Virus record (IMG/VR): IMGVR_UViG_3300027743_000002
Location: 10,679 to 74,678 of that record
From: a virus
Direction: 5' to 3' (one strand)
Length of the DNA stretch: 64,000 nt
Part shown: positions 18,120 through 27,214 of the stretch, piece by piece
How positions within the stretch are numbered: position 1 is the stretch's first letter
Layout of the letters: every line of letters starts with the position of its first letter
The notes under the pieces: model-generated
Seen by the model: only the letters and a program-made list of their open reading frames with translations
The model's database searches: none
What the model was told of the DNA's origin: nothing
Program-made: the position numbers and the translations under genes

Positions 18120-21100
18120 ATGAAGCCACGTTACAGTATTGTTATTCCGACGCACAAACACCTCACCGACGCGCTTATTCCCTGCCTCCAAAGTATCCAA
18201 AAATACACTGACCTTTCTGACTGTGAAATTCTTGTCGTGGCAAATGGTTGTGGCAACGACTTCACGCGAGAGTACGTGCAGACGCTAGGCGCACCCTTCA
18301 AACTCATCTGGATAGATGAACAAGCAGGCTATACAAAATCCGTGAATGCGGGCATCAGAGCCGCGCAAGGCGAGTTCGTCTTACTGCTCAACAATGACTG
18401 TCAGATACTTGAAAGTCCTCGCGGTGAGTGGTTGGAAACTTTGGTTGCTCCGATGGCTGACCCGCAAATAGGGATGGTCGGGATTCACGAACTTTGGAGC
18501 GCAGAAATCAACAGCAACTTCATCGTGTTTTATTGTGCGCTCATTCGTCGCTCAGTGTTTGATGTTGTCGGTTTACCTGATGAACTGTTCAGCCCTGGTT
18601 TCGGTGAGGACATAGACTTCTGTGCGCGGCTGATGAGAGCAGGATACAAATACGCTAATGTTGATCCAACTGCTAACCAAGCAGGAGAGTTGTGTATCGG
18701 TACTTTTCCTTTGTATCACGCGGGCGGCAAGACCTTTCACGACTCAGCGCATGACGCGGGTTACAAAATAATAGTGGAGCGCAACTTGAAGATTCTGCGC
18801 AATCGGTATCAGCCCGTGAAGTTGTTGGCTGTCTTAGTCAACTTTGGAGTTGAAGGTTTATCGCACTTATATCAGACCATCGACAGTCTCAAGAGTTTCG
18901 ATTCTCGTTATACAGTGGACATTGTTGTCCATTCCAACGTGGCTGTTGGCAGAGACGACATCCGAGAGATTATTCACGCGGAAGCCCCGTGGGGTGATTG
19001 GCTCAACTTGCCGTGGAAGTGTCGGGAAACACTTCACCAAGAACGCGAGAACTACGACCTCTATCTTTATGCCGAACATGACCATCTTTTCACGCAAAGA
19101 AACATAGATGCGTTTCTGGAAATAACACCCTTTCTGTCGGATGCTGAGATTGCGGGATTTATCGAGTGGGAACATTCCCCTCAAGGGCGATTTTACCCCG
19201 CATGGCACGCTGATTATGGATGGGGTGAATCATTCACGAACGATGCAGGGACATTCGCCAAGTTCACTAATCTACATCAAGGCAGTTTCTTAGCTACCCG
19301 TAGGCAATTAGCACGGGCTATCGCGGTTGGTAAAGAAGCGTTTCTTGACCCACAGCGACGTTTGTTTTCGAGTCCGTATGGCATTCGTGAACGGTGTAAC
19401 ACCGACTTTTACGATACAGGCTTCAAGAAGGTTATTCCGGTTTCGCGGTTTGAGGACTTTCTGATTCACCATCTGAGCGATCATTACTACGGTGTGTACG
19501 GTACGAAGTGCGATTCAGAGATGAACAAGGCGTTGGCGGAACTAATTGAGCGTCCCGAAGTCTCCATCATCATTCCTACCTACAATCATTGTGACGATCT
19601 ACTCCGTCCGTGTCTGGAAAGTCTGCGGGTTAATACTGACTTGACGCAGACAGAAATCTTAGTGATTTCAAATGGCTGTACCGATGGAACGGATGCTTAC
19701 GTTAAATCGCTGGGCCATCCCTTTAAACTGATTAGCCACAGAGCACAACTCGGATTTACGAAAGCAACGAACATCGGGTTACGCGCAGCTCGTGGAAAGT
19801 ATCTTGTCTTACTCAACAACGACACCATCATTCAAGGAAGTGATTGGATTGACTTGATGAAGGCTCCATTCCTTGATCGGAAAGGCGTCGGCATGAGCGG
19901 GCCTATGCGCTTCGTGGGAGAACCTGACAAGTCCAACGACTTCGTAATGATGTTCTGTTGTTGCACGACAAGGGCAGTTGTGGATGACATTGGCCTCCTT
20001 GATGAGCGATTCGCCCCTGGTGGTGTCGAAGACGTTGACTACGGACTCCGGCTCTTATTAGCCGGATATGAGTTAGTACAAGTACCGGAAAATCACGCAG
20101 TCGCATTTGAGCCTGATTTGTCTACGGGAGCCTTCCCAATCTTCCACAGTGGCAATGCTACTTATCGAGATGAAGCGGGTTGGCACGCGAACTTGATTCG
20201 CAACAATGGCCGACTCAAAGCTAAGTTCCCTGAATACTTCAAGGGCTTAACGTGGATTGAAGAAATGGCCGTGAGTGAACCGCAGCCACTTGATTTTGCG
20301 GCTCTCCATGAGCAAATGAAAGAAGCAGACAGTTGGCTGCATTGGGAAATGTTTGACGTAGACGTGAATCAGGCCAAGCGAGAAGAATTAGCAGGCAAGA
20401 CCGTCATCGACATTGGGGCCAACAAGGGCTTCTTTGCTATTCACGCGTTGGAGTTGGGAGCCAAAGAAGTTTATTGCTTTGAGCCAGTCCATGAAATCTA
20501 CGAACAGCAGCTTCAACTCGTGGGTGATATTCCGCAAGTTCATTCCTTTAATTTGGCCGTGTTAGATGGTTCGGTGTCAGAAGTCCACATGCACGAAGCA
20601 GGTGTGGTATCGAACATTTGGGGCGACCCAACTACTTCTCCAACTCCGTGCGTTTCGTTGGTCACAGCGTTGAGTCATGTGCCTGACCATTCCAACATGG
20701 TCTTGAAGATTGACTGTGAAGGCTCAGAGTTTGAAATCCTGTTTCATACGCCTGCCAACGTGATTCGGCAATTCTCAACCATCTACGTTGAGATGCACGA
20801 CGAAATGAATCCCAACTTTCAACACAAGACTCCTGAGTTGTTGAGTTATCTACACTCATTGGGATTCACGAGCGAGCAAGGGCCACAAGCATCAACTTGG
20901 TTGGAAGATGGTTCATCCGAAGAATCTCCCGTGCGTATTTACAAGATGAGACGAAGTGAACAACCGCGTGTGACGGTAATCATTCCTACTTATCAACGCT
21001 ATGGACTGTTGCGGGAAGCGTTGAACTCCGTGCAGGCGCAGACTTATCGAAACATCTGTGCGCTCGTAATAGCTGATGGCCCCGATGCGGAAGTAGAACA

Positions 21101-23489
21101 AATCGTGGCTGAGTATCAAGCACAGAGTTCAGATATTACCTACGCCTACGCAGACGTGCCCCACGAAGGATTTATCAGTGCGCGTTCCAAGATGCGCGGG
21201 ATTGACTTGCTACCTCTACATGGTTACGTGTGCTTTCTCGATGATGACAATGTTCTCTTGCCTCAGTATGTCGAGAAGATGGTTGGAGTGCTTGCTGAAG
21301 GGAAAGAAGTGGCGATTGGGCAGATTCTACTCCAGCGCGTCATCGACGGAGAGAATATGGTTAAGACTGCCCCGCCCGATGCAAACTCGTTGGGGTTCTC
21401 AGATATTGATGCGCTGAACATTTTAGTGCAGAACGACATTGCTCGATTGTGTCGGGACGAATGGCACCAAGACAGAGATAAGCCCATCGACCACGACTAC
21501 CGCTTTATTCAGAAGTGCTTGACGCATACGGGCTATGGTTTTGTACCCGAAGTGGTTGCTTTCCATCGGGACATGACTCGCGAGACAGCCAAAGTATTTG
21601 ATTGTTTCCCCTTCTTTAATGAGTTGGACTTGTTGGAAATGAGGCTGAGTGAACTCGACAGCGTAGTGGATTACTTCGTGATTGTAGAAGCAAACCAGAC
21701 CCACAGTGGACAGCCGAAACCGTTGTACTTAGCAGAGAACATGGAGCGGTTCAAGAAGTGGGAAAAGAAGATTGTGATTCAGGTAGTTGACCTGAGCACG
21801 ATAGAGTTTGCCAACTTTGACTTCGACCCTTGTTGGGTGCGTGAACATCTACAGCGAGATTCAGGGCGTGACGTTGTTAATCGAATGGCTAAAAAGGGAG
21901 ACTTCTGCATCGTCTCGGATGTAGATGAGATTCCCCGCGCTTCAGCGATACAAGAGTACATCGTGAGTGGACAGTACGAAGTTGGAGTGTTAGCCCTTGA
22001 GAGATTTATGTACTTTTTGAACTATCGGAATGTGACCACCGATGAGCCACAGTTGAATGCCAAGATTACTCCTTGCGATAAGTTGCAAACTTACAATCTG
22101 AATGACATTCGCTTTGCCGATAAAGAGAACGTGTTACCAACTCGTCGCATTGAATCGGCGGGATGGCATTTTACAATGATGGGCGGATTAGAGAAGGTCA
22201 TTGAAAAGGTGAAAGCGTTCGCACATCAGGAATATGCTGCGCCCGACAAGATAGACCACGAGCGCATGGAGAAGTTGTTTCGTGAAGGCAAGGATGTGTA
22301 CTCAGCGAACACGACTTGGGAGACAGTTGAGATTGACGAAACATTTCCGCAGTACGTGAGAGAACACGAAGATGAGTTGCGGGCAAAGGGTTGGATTAAA
22401 CCGCAGGAGACGGGAACGGTCATCAAGTTACAGGATTGGAAGCAATCTCGGTTGACCGTTACCGCCGAAATCTCTACCAAAGACCGTTATCAAACCACTT
22501 TGCCACTAACTATTAGCGCGATAATCAATCAGACTCACAAGCCTGAGAAACTAAAAATCTACGATGATGGTGAACAAGCGAATCTCTTTGAACTTGCACC
22601 CTTCAGTGGTTTATTGCAGATGGCAATGGACAAGGGCATTGAAGTAGAAGTGCTGACCACGCCGCGCAAGGGCCAAGTCACTAATCATCAACATTGCCTT
22701 GAAAGCGCGACTACAGATGTGATTTGGCGTTGCGACGATGACAATATTCCTGAACCTGATTGCCTACACAATCTGCTTGCGGAAATGAAAGAGGGGGTAG
22801 GAGCTGTAGGAGGATTGGTTCATCATCCAGGCGGTATTAGCCCATTACCCAAAGGCGTTGATGGCTCGTTAAATGATTTAGCGATGGGATTAAATATTGC
22901 GTGGTTTGATTGGAACAGCGGCCCCAAAGAGTGCGAACACTTGTACTCGACTTTCGTGTACAGAGTTTCGTCAGCACGAGAGGTTGGTGGCTATCCTCTT
23001 GATTTAAGCCCTTGCGGACACCGTGAGGAAAGCTGGCTCACCCATAAAATCCATCGAGCAGGGTACAAGGTAATTTGTACGCCCTACGCTCGTACCGCTC
23101 ACTTGAGAGAAGCAACGGGCGGCATCCGTACTTATACTGACCCTGCTATGTGGGAGCATGATGAGGGCTTGTTTCAAGCGTATCTACGAGCGATTGGGAA
23201 GGTAAGTCCGAAATCCAAAATGATGATTCTGGACATGGGCTTAGGTGATCATCTTGTGGCAAAGGCCGTGTTATCAGAGATTCGGAAACGCAACAACAAT
23301 CAGCATCTCGTCATGGCGGTTTGTTTCCCAAGTGTGTTTGAAGAAGAACCCAACGTGACGTTGATTTCCATTGCGGACGCTAAGGCAATCGTGGGCCATG
23401 GCTACCAACAACATAGTCTGTATGCTTGGATGTGGGATAATAATTGGGATGCACCGTTGGCTGACGCCATGATAAAATTCTGGGGATGA
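18120..23489 (+). CDS. multidomain glycosyltransferase/methyltransferase (GT2 x4, GT-A-like domain, FkbM-type MTase, GT17-like, GT9 N-half)
   Basis: SIVIPT..LLNND; LYLYAEHDH; SIIIPTYN..LLNNDT; VIDIGANKG..FEP..LKIDCEGSE; VIIPTYQR..FLDDDN; DCFPFFNELDLLEMRL..VSDVDEIP..GWHFT; ISTKDR..RCDDD; C-terminal MGLGDHL. Confidence 0.9.
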   Translation: MKPRYSIVIPTHKHLTDALIPCLQSIQKYTDLSDCEILVVANGCGNDFTREYVQTLGAPFKLIWIDEQAGYTKSVNAGIRAAQGEFVLLLNNDCQILESPRGEWLETLVAPMADPQIGMVGIHELWSAEINSNFIVFYCALIRRSVFDVVGLPDELFSPGFGEDIDFCARLMRAGYKYANVDPTANQAGELCIGTFPLYHAGGKTFHDSAHDAGYKIIVERNLKILRNRYQPVKLLAVLVNFGVEGLSHLYQTIDSLKSFDSRYTVDIVVHSNVAVGRDDIREIIHAEAPWGDWLNLPWKCRETLHQERENYDLYLYAEHDHLFTQRNIDAFLEITPFLSDAEIAGFIEWEHSPQGRFYPAWHADYGWGESFTNDAGTFAKFTNLHQGSFLATRRQLARAIAVGKEAFLDPQRRLFSSPYGIRERCNTDFYDTGFKKVIPVSRFEDFLIHHLSDHYYGVYGTKCDSEMNKALAELIERPEVSIIIPTYNHCDDLLRPCLESLRVNTDLTQTEILVISNGCTDGTDAYVKSLGHPFKLISHRAQLGFTKATNIGLRAARGKYLVLLNNDTIIQGSDWIDLMKAPFLDRKGVGMSGPMRFVGEPDKSNDFVMMFCCCTTRAVVDDIGLLDERFAPGGVEDVDYGLRLLLAGYELVQVPENHAVAFEPDLSTGAFPIFHSGNATYRDEAGWHANLIRNNGRLKAKFPEYFKGLTWIEEMAVSEPQPLDFAALHEQMKEADSWLHWEMFDVDVNQAKREELAGKTVIDIGANKGFFAIHALELGAKEVYCFEPVHEIYEQQLQLVGDIPQVHSFNLAVLDGSVSEVHMHEAGVVSNIWGDPTTSPTPCVSLVTALSHVPDHSNMVLKIDCEGSEFEILFHTPANVIRQFSTIYVEMHDEMNPNFQHKTPELLSYLHSLGFTSEQGPQASTWLEDGSSEESPVRIYKMRRSEQPRVTVIIPTYQRYGLLREALNSVQAQTYRNICALVIADGPDAEVEQIVAEYQAQSSDITYAYADVPHEGFISARSKMRGIDLLPLHGYVCFLDDDNVLLPQYVEKMVGVLAEGKEVAIGQILLQRVIDGENMVKTAPPDANSLGFSDIDALNILVQNDIARLCRDEWHQDRDKPIDHDYRFIQKCLTHTGYGFVPEVVAFHRDMTRETAKVFDCFPFFNELDLLEMRLSELDSVVDYFVIVEANQTHSGQPKPLYLAENMERFKKWEKKIVIQVVDLSTIEFANFDFDPCWVREHLQRDSGRDVVNRMAKKGDFCIVSDVDEIPRASAIQEYIVSGQYEVGVLALERFMYFLNYRNVTTDEPQLNAKITPCDKLQTYNLNDIRFADKENVLPTRRIESAGWHFTMMGGLEKVIEKVKAFAHQEYAAPDKIDHERMEKLFREGKDVYSANTTWETVEIDETFPQYVREHEDELRAKGWIKPQETGTVIKLQDWKQSRLTVTAEISTKDRYQTTLPLTISAIINQTHKPEKLKIYDDGEQANLFELAPFSGLLQMAMDKGIEVEVLTTPRKGQVTNHQHCLESATTDVIWRCDDDNIPEPDCLHNLLAEMKEGVGAVGGLVHHPGGISPLPKGVDGSLNDLAMGLNIAWFDWNSGPKECEHLYSTFVYRVSSAREVGGYPLDLSPCGHREESWLTHKIHRAGYKVICTPYARTAHLREATGGIRTYTDPAMWEHDEGLFQAYLRAIGKVSPKSKMMILDMGLGDHLVAKAVLSEIRKRNNNQHLVMAVCFPSVFEEEPNVTLISIADAKAIVGHGYQQHSLYAWMWDNNWDAPLADAMIKFWG

Positions 23490-24295
23490 AAGTCGCCAAA
23501 TTGATAGGAATTTACTGTTTCCGCAATAACGTAACAAATAAAGTTTATGTGGGAAGCTCTATAGATATTTCCTACCGCAAGCGCAAGCATCTAGAAACAC
23601 TTCGCGCTAATCGACACCGTAATCAATTTTTCCAACGTGCATTTATTAAGTATGGGGAAATTGCGTTTTCATTCTCAGTCCTTGAGACGTGTTTACGGGA
23701 AGAATTGCAATTGCGGGAAGATTATTGGATCGTCACGCTGAACTCTCTAAATAAAAAATATGGCTACAACTTGGTTAGTGCAGATCGCAGGGAAATATCA
23801 CCGTCTACCAAAAGAAAAATCAGTGCAGGGCAAAAACGGAGTTATGAGAATGGGCGTATCCCGTTCAACAAAGGCAGACTGTTTTCTGAAGAACATAAAG
23901 CCAATATTAAGCGCGGAATAAGACGAACATTTGAAGGTGGTCGTATTTCTGCATTTAAGGGGAAACACGTAGCAGAAGCTACGAAGGTAAAGTTCGCATG
24001 GGCATATACGGGACAAAAGGTATCTCTAGAAACCCGTCTCAAGATGTCAGAGTCGTCCAAGGGAAACAAGGCATCCTTGGGCCATAAGCAGAGCGCAGCC
24101 AGAGTTGAGCATCGTGCGTGGTTGAACCAAAAGCCTGTTGTGCAATTTCGTAAAGACGGAGTGCTATTGGGTTATTACTGCTCTATTCAACATGCTGCCA
24201 AAATGCATGGTATGTCTCCAACAACGGTATCTAAGCGTGTACATGGTCATCGAGCAACGGCAGGTGGCTTTGTGTGGAGATTTAGCGGTCAATGA
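23486..24295 (+). CDS. GIY-YIG homing endonuclease with NUMOD-type DNA-binding repeats
   Basis: GIYCFRN..KVYVGSS..R..H..E..GYN; repeats such as SEEHKANI and SLETRLKMS; C-terminal KPVVQF..TAGGFVWRF. Confidence 0.9.
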   Translation: MKVAKLIGIYCFRNNVTNKVYVGSSIDISYRKRKHLETLRANRHRNQFFQRAFIKYGEIAFSFSVLETCLREELQLREDYWIVTLNSLNKKYGYNLVSADRREISPSTKRKISAGQKRSYENGRIPFNKGRLFSEEHKANIKRGIRRTFEGGRISAFKGKHVAEATKVKFAWAYTGQKVSLETRLKMSESSKGNKASLGHKQSAARVEHRAWLNQKPVVQFRKDGVLLGYYCSIQHAAKMHGMSPTTVSKRVHGHRATAGGFVWRFSGQ

Positions 24296-24777
24296 GAATT
24301 TTAATTTCGCCGTACGCCGCAAGGCTTCCAAGCGGCAATCGCAATCCAAAGAATTTTCCGTATTGGGCTGAGTTGGTCAAGATGCTCAACGCCAATGGTC
24401 ATCACGTTATTCAAATCGGCGTCAAAGGGGAAGCCCGCATAGACGGGGTAGCAGAATTTCTTCAAGACATACCGTTAAAGGATTTGGTGAATGTTATTAA
24501 CGGTATTGATGTGTGGTGTTCTGTAGACAGTTTCCTTCCCCATTTCTGCGCGACTAATCATCTCAAATCAGGCGTCGTAATTTGGTCGCAGGCTTCGCCC
24601 AAAATATGGGGCTACCCACACAATACAAATCTCTTAAAGGATGAGAAATTTTTGCGAGAGTTTCAGTACGCACCGTGGTGGGACGCGGAATACAACGAAG
24701 ATGCTTTTGTTGAACCTCAAGTAGTAATGGATGCACTGCATGGCCGACTCTTTAATAATGCGCCCGCTAAATCCTGA
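24292..24777 (+). CDS. GT9 (heptosyltransferase-like) C-terminal half
   Basis: ILISPY..KNFPYWAEL..VIQIG..LKDLVNVI..VDSFLPH..VVIW..PKIWGY. Confidence 0.75.
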   Translation: MRILISPYAARLPSGNRNPKNFPYWAELVKMLNANGHHVIQIGVKGEARIDGVAEFLQDIPLKDLVNVINGIDVWCSVDSFLPHFCATNHLKSGVVIWSQASPKIWGYPHNTNLLKDEKFLREFQYAPWWDAEYNEDAFVEPQVVMDALHGRLFNNAPAKS

Positions 24778-25222
24778 AACCGAACAAGACCTATTTCGGC
24801 TTTCATATTCGTGGCGGATGAAACAGAAGCGACACACTCAAGGTGAGCGCATGGCCTTTGAGGAGTTTTCCGCCAACGATCCGACACAGATAGTGCTTGG
24901 ACTGTTCAACGGTGAACTACAAGCGGTCTACTTGATTAAGGAGTGGGCACCTGCGCACTATGAAACTCATTTTACCTCAAGCAAAAATGCGCCACGAGAG
25001 AACGTGGTAGCGGGAGCAAGGAAGATTTTGACGTGGTTAATGGAGAATGGGGCAGAGGAAGTAAGTGCTTTTGTTAGGCCAAGAAATAAGCCAGTGTGTC
25101 GTTTCGTCGAGGAAGTGGGTTTTAAGCGTGAGAGTTTGTGTCTTTTTGGTAGACAAGAAGATTTAGATACATGTAGTATGCCCAACAAGTTTGTGAAGTA
25201 TGTTTGTCAAAGAGGCAACTAG
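24740..25222 (+). CDS. GNAT-fold acetyltransferase-like virion assembly protein (P22 gp14/T7 gp13 position)
   Basis: C-terminal SAFVRPRNKPVCRFVEEVGFKRE GNAT motif; precedes a pilot-like protein. Confidence 0.65.
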   Translation: MADSLIMRPLNPETEQDLFRLSYSWRMKQKRHTQGERMAFEEFSANDPTQIVLGLFNGELQAVYLIKEWAPAHYETHFTSSKNAPRENVVAGARKILTWLMENGAEEVSAFVRPRNKPVCRFVEEVGFKRESLCLFGRQEDLDTCSMPNKFVKYVCQRGN

Positions 25223-25263
25223 CCACTCATGGAGTTATCCACATTCGCTCTGTCTGACATAAG

Positions 25264-25755
25264 GTGTGTGCAATCATTGGGTTGAGCGATCAAAAACAGA
25301 AGTCGAACCAGACACAACAAAGCCAATCCACCGCGCAATACGGTTGGCAAGCACCTCCGACGACAGCCTCATTAGATAAACTCCGCAACGAAAAGTTTGA
25401 AATTGATCCAGGTCTTGCGGCTCAATACGGTCAGCAACGCCAAGCATTAGAATCTAGTTTTAACCAACCCACACGGGCATACCTGCCCAAGCAAGTAGAA
25501 CAACAGCAACTACAATCCGGTCGAGAGCGATTAGGTCGTGACGAAGCCCAAGCCATGCGCGAGGGTCAGCATGACGTTAATCGACTTAATTACGGGCGTG
25601 ATCTAGCTGTGGCGGGAATGGAAGCTCCAACCCTTACCCAAACAGGCAGTACCGGAAGTGGAACATCATCAGGCACTACAGTTCAAAGTGAGTCGCCGTG
25701 GAAGATAGGCGCACAAATCGCAGGACAAGCAGCACCAGCAATGGCTAGTCTTTAG
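25264..25755 (+). CDS. putative small ejection/pilot protein
   Basis: Gln/Ser/Thr-rich, with Gly/Ala hydrophobic C-terminus; follows the GNAT gene; exact start uncertain. Confidence 0.5.
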   Translation: MCAIIGLSDQKQKSNQTQQSQSTAQYGWQAPPTTASLDKLRNEKFEIDPGLAAQYGQQRQALESSFNQPTRAYLPKQVEQQQLQSGRERLGRDEAQAMREGQHDVNRLNYGRDLAVAGMEAPTLTQTGSTGSGTSSGTTVQSESPWKIGAQIAGQAAPAMASL

Positions 25756-25765
25756 GAGACTCTTA

Positions 25766-26287
25766 ATGTCACCACCAATTAACAGCGCATACGCCAAGCA
25801 GCAATTCAAGACTGATAGCTACACGATCACCGTATCCGACGATATTATACGGTTCACACTTGCGGCTCCTGGTACTGCTACGTTGCCCTTTTCTCGCAAC
25901 TGCTCGATAGTATCAGGGCAGAACCAAAAGATTATTGCTAACGGTGATTCAGGTGGTAATGACCTGACAATCGCTGTGGGCGCAGGCGACACGCTCGTTG
26001 GGGAAACAACCTTGAGCGCGGGTGAGACAGCCTTTATTACTGGCGATGGAGTCTTGATCTGGAATTCCATTGGCGCATCGGGCGTCACGGGCAATTCTGG
26101 TTTCTCAGGGTACTCGGCGTTTTCGGGGTACTCAGGTAAGAGTGGATTTAGTGGTATCTCTGGATTCTCTGGCTTCAGCGGCATCAGTGGCGCGAGCGGC
26201 AAGAGCGGATTCAGCGGTTACACCGGAATCTCTGGATTCAGCGGTTACTCAGGCACTAGCGGTAGGTCAGGCTATTCCAAAGCCTAA
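25766..26287 (+). CDS. (Gly-X-Ser)n repeat protein 3
   Basis: N-terminal TLP module plus 23 C-terminal G-x-S/T triplets (one G replaced by A). Confidence 0.85.
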   Translation: MSPPINSAYAKQQFKTDSYTITVSDDIIRFTLAAPGTATLPFSRNCSIVSGQNQKIIANGDSGGNDLTIAVGAGDTLVGETTLSAGETAFITGDGVLIWNSIGASGVTGNSGFSGYSAFSGYSGKSGFSGISGFSGFSGISGASGKSGFSGYTGISGFSGYSGTSGRSGYSKA

Positions 26288-26305
26288 CTAGGAGAGATTA
26301 AAACA

Positions 26306-26824
26306 ATGGCTCCACCAATTAATTCGATATACGCAAAGTATGTCACCAAGACAGATAACTATACGCTCACCTTCTCGGATGATGTGGCGACTTTTACCAT
26401 TGCGACCGCAAAGACCGCCACGTTGCCGAAAGCGGGAACGTGTACGGTGATGTCGGGGCAGAACCAGAAGCAGATTATTAACTCTGCAAACTCCAGCGAC
26501 ACGCTCACGATAGCAGTGCAGAGCGGGGATACGTTGGTGGGTATCGGCTCACTGGCGGTAGGTCAGGAAACCATTGTTACGTCCAACGGCACGACTACAT
26601 GGACAGGCTTTGGCGGCGGTGGTGCAGCAGGCACATCGGGCTATTCAGGGCCAAGTGGATTCAGCGGCTACAGTGGGCCTTCTGGTTACAGTGGCTACAC
26701 AGGAGTCAGCGGCTTCTCCGGTTACACGGGAGTCAGCGGATTCTCTGGCTACAGTGGAGCGAGCGGATTTAGTGGCTACTCTGGATACTCTGGCAAGTCT
26801 GGATTCTCTGGATTCAGTGCGTAG
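26306..26824 (+). CDS. (Gly-X-Ser)n repeat protein 4, paralog of 25766
   Basis: Shared PPINS.YAK..KTD.YT..SDD..SGQNQK.I..GDTLVG; 22 uninterrupted G-x-x triplets at the C-terminus. Confidence 0.85.
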   Translation: MAPPINSIYAKYVTKTDNYTLTFSDDVATFTIATAKTATLPKAGTCTVMSGQNQKQIINSANSSDTLTIAVQSGDTLVGIGSLAVGQETIVTSNGTTTWTGFGGGGAAGTSGYSGPSGFSGYSGPSGYSGYTGVSGFSGYTGVSGFSGYSGASGFSGYSGYSGKSGFSGFSA

Positions 26825-26834
26825 AGCGGTGAAC

Positions 26835-26864
26835 GCGGGGTGGTTTCACACACTGCCACCCCGC
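26835..26864 (+). other. intergenic GC-rich hairpin (no U tract)
   Basis: gcggggtgg / ccaccccgc perfect 9-bp stem. Confidence 0.5.
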
Positions 26865-26887
26865 ACTAATACTCGGAGGTCACTCCT

Positions 26888-27205
26888 ATGGCGACAAGCG
26901 CAGCTCCATTTGGTACAGCACTAGAGATAATTCGTTCCGTTACAACCACCACTATCATTACTGATGGGGCAACTAACCTTGTGACATCTCCGTCAGGCGG
27001 AGCGAAGACCGTCACGCTCCCATCTATTGCCAACATGATTGCCAGTCAAAACCTGCTAATTTTTATTAACAACGCATCGGGTGGAGGCGGCAACATTACC
27101 GTGGCGGCAGCAGGGAGTGATGTCATCATCGGGCAAACAGCCGTAGCGGTAGCAACGGGCGTAACCTACAGACATGATGGCCGTTCGACTTGGTATTCCA
27201 CATAA
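26888..27205 (+). CDS. stand-alone TLP-module protein, paralog without repeat tract
   Basis: TVTLPS..ITVAAAGSDVIIG..HDG..W; RBS ggagg. Confidence 0.7.
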   Translation: MATSAAPFGTALEIIRSVTTTTIITDGATNLVTSPSGGAKTVTLPSIANMIASQNLLIFINNASGGGGNITVAAAGSDVIIGQTAVAVATGVTYRHDGRSTWYST

Positions 27206-27214
27206 GGCAACGAT

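Noticed and set aside
23486-24295. Group I intron around the GIY-YIG gene
   Set aside because: The ORF overlaps both neighbours, leaving no evident non-coding ribozyme core.
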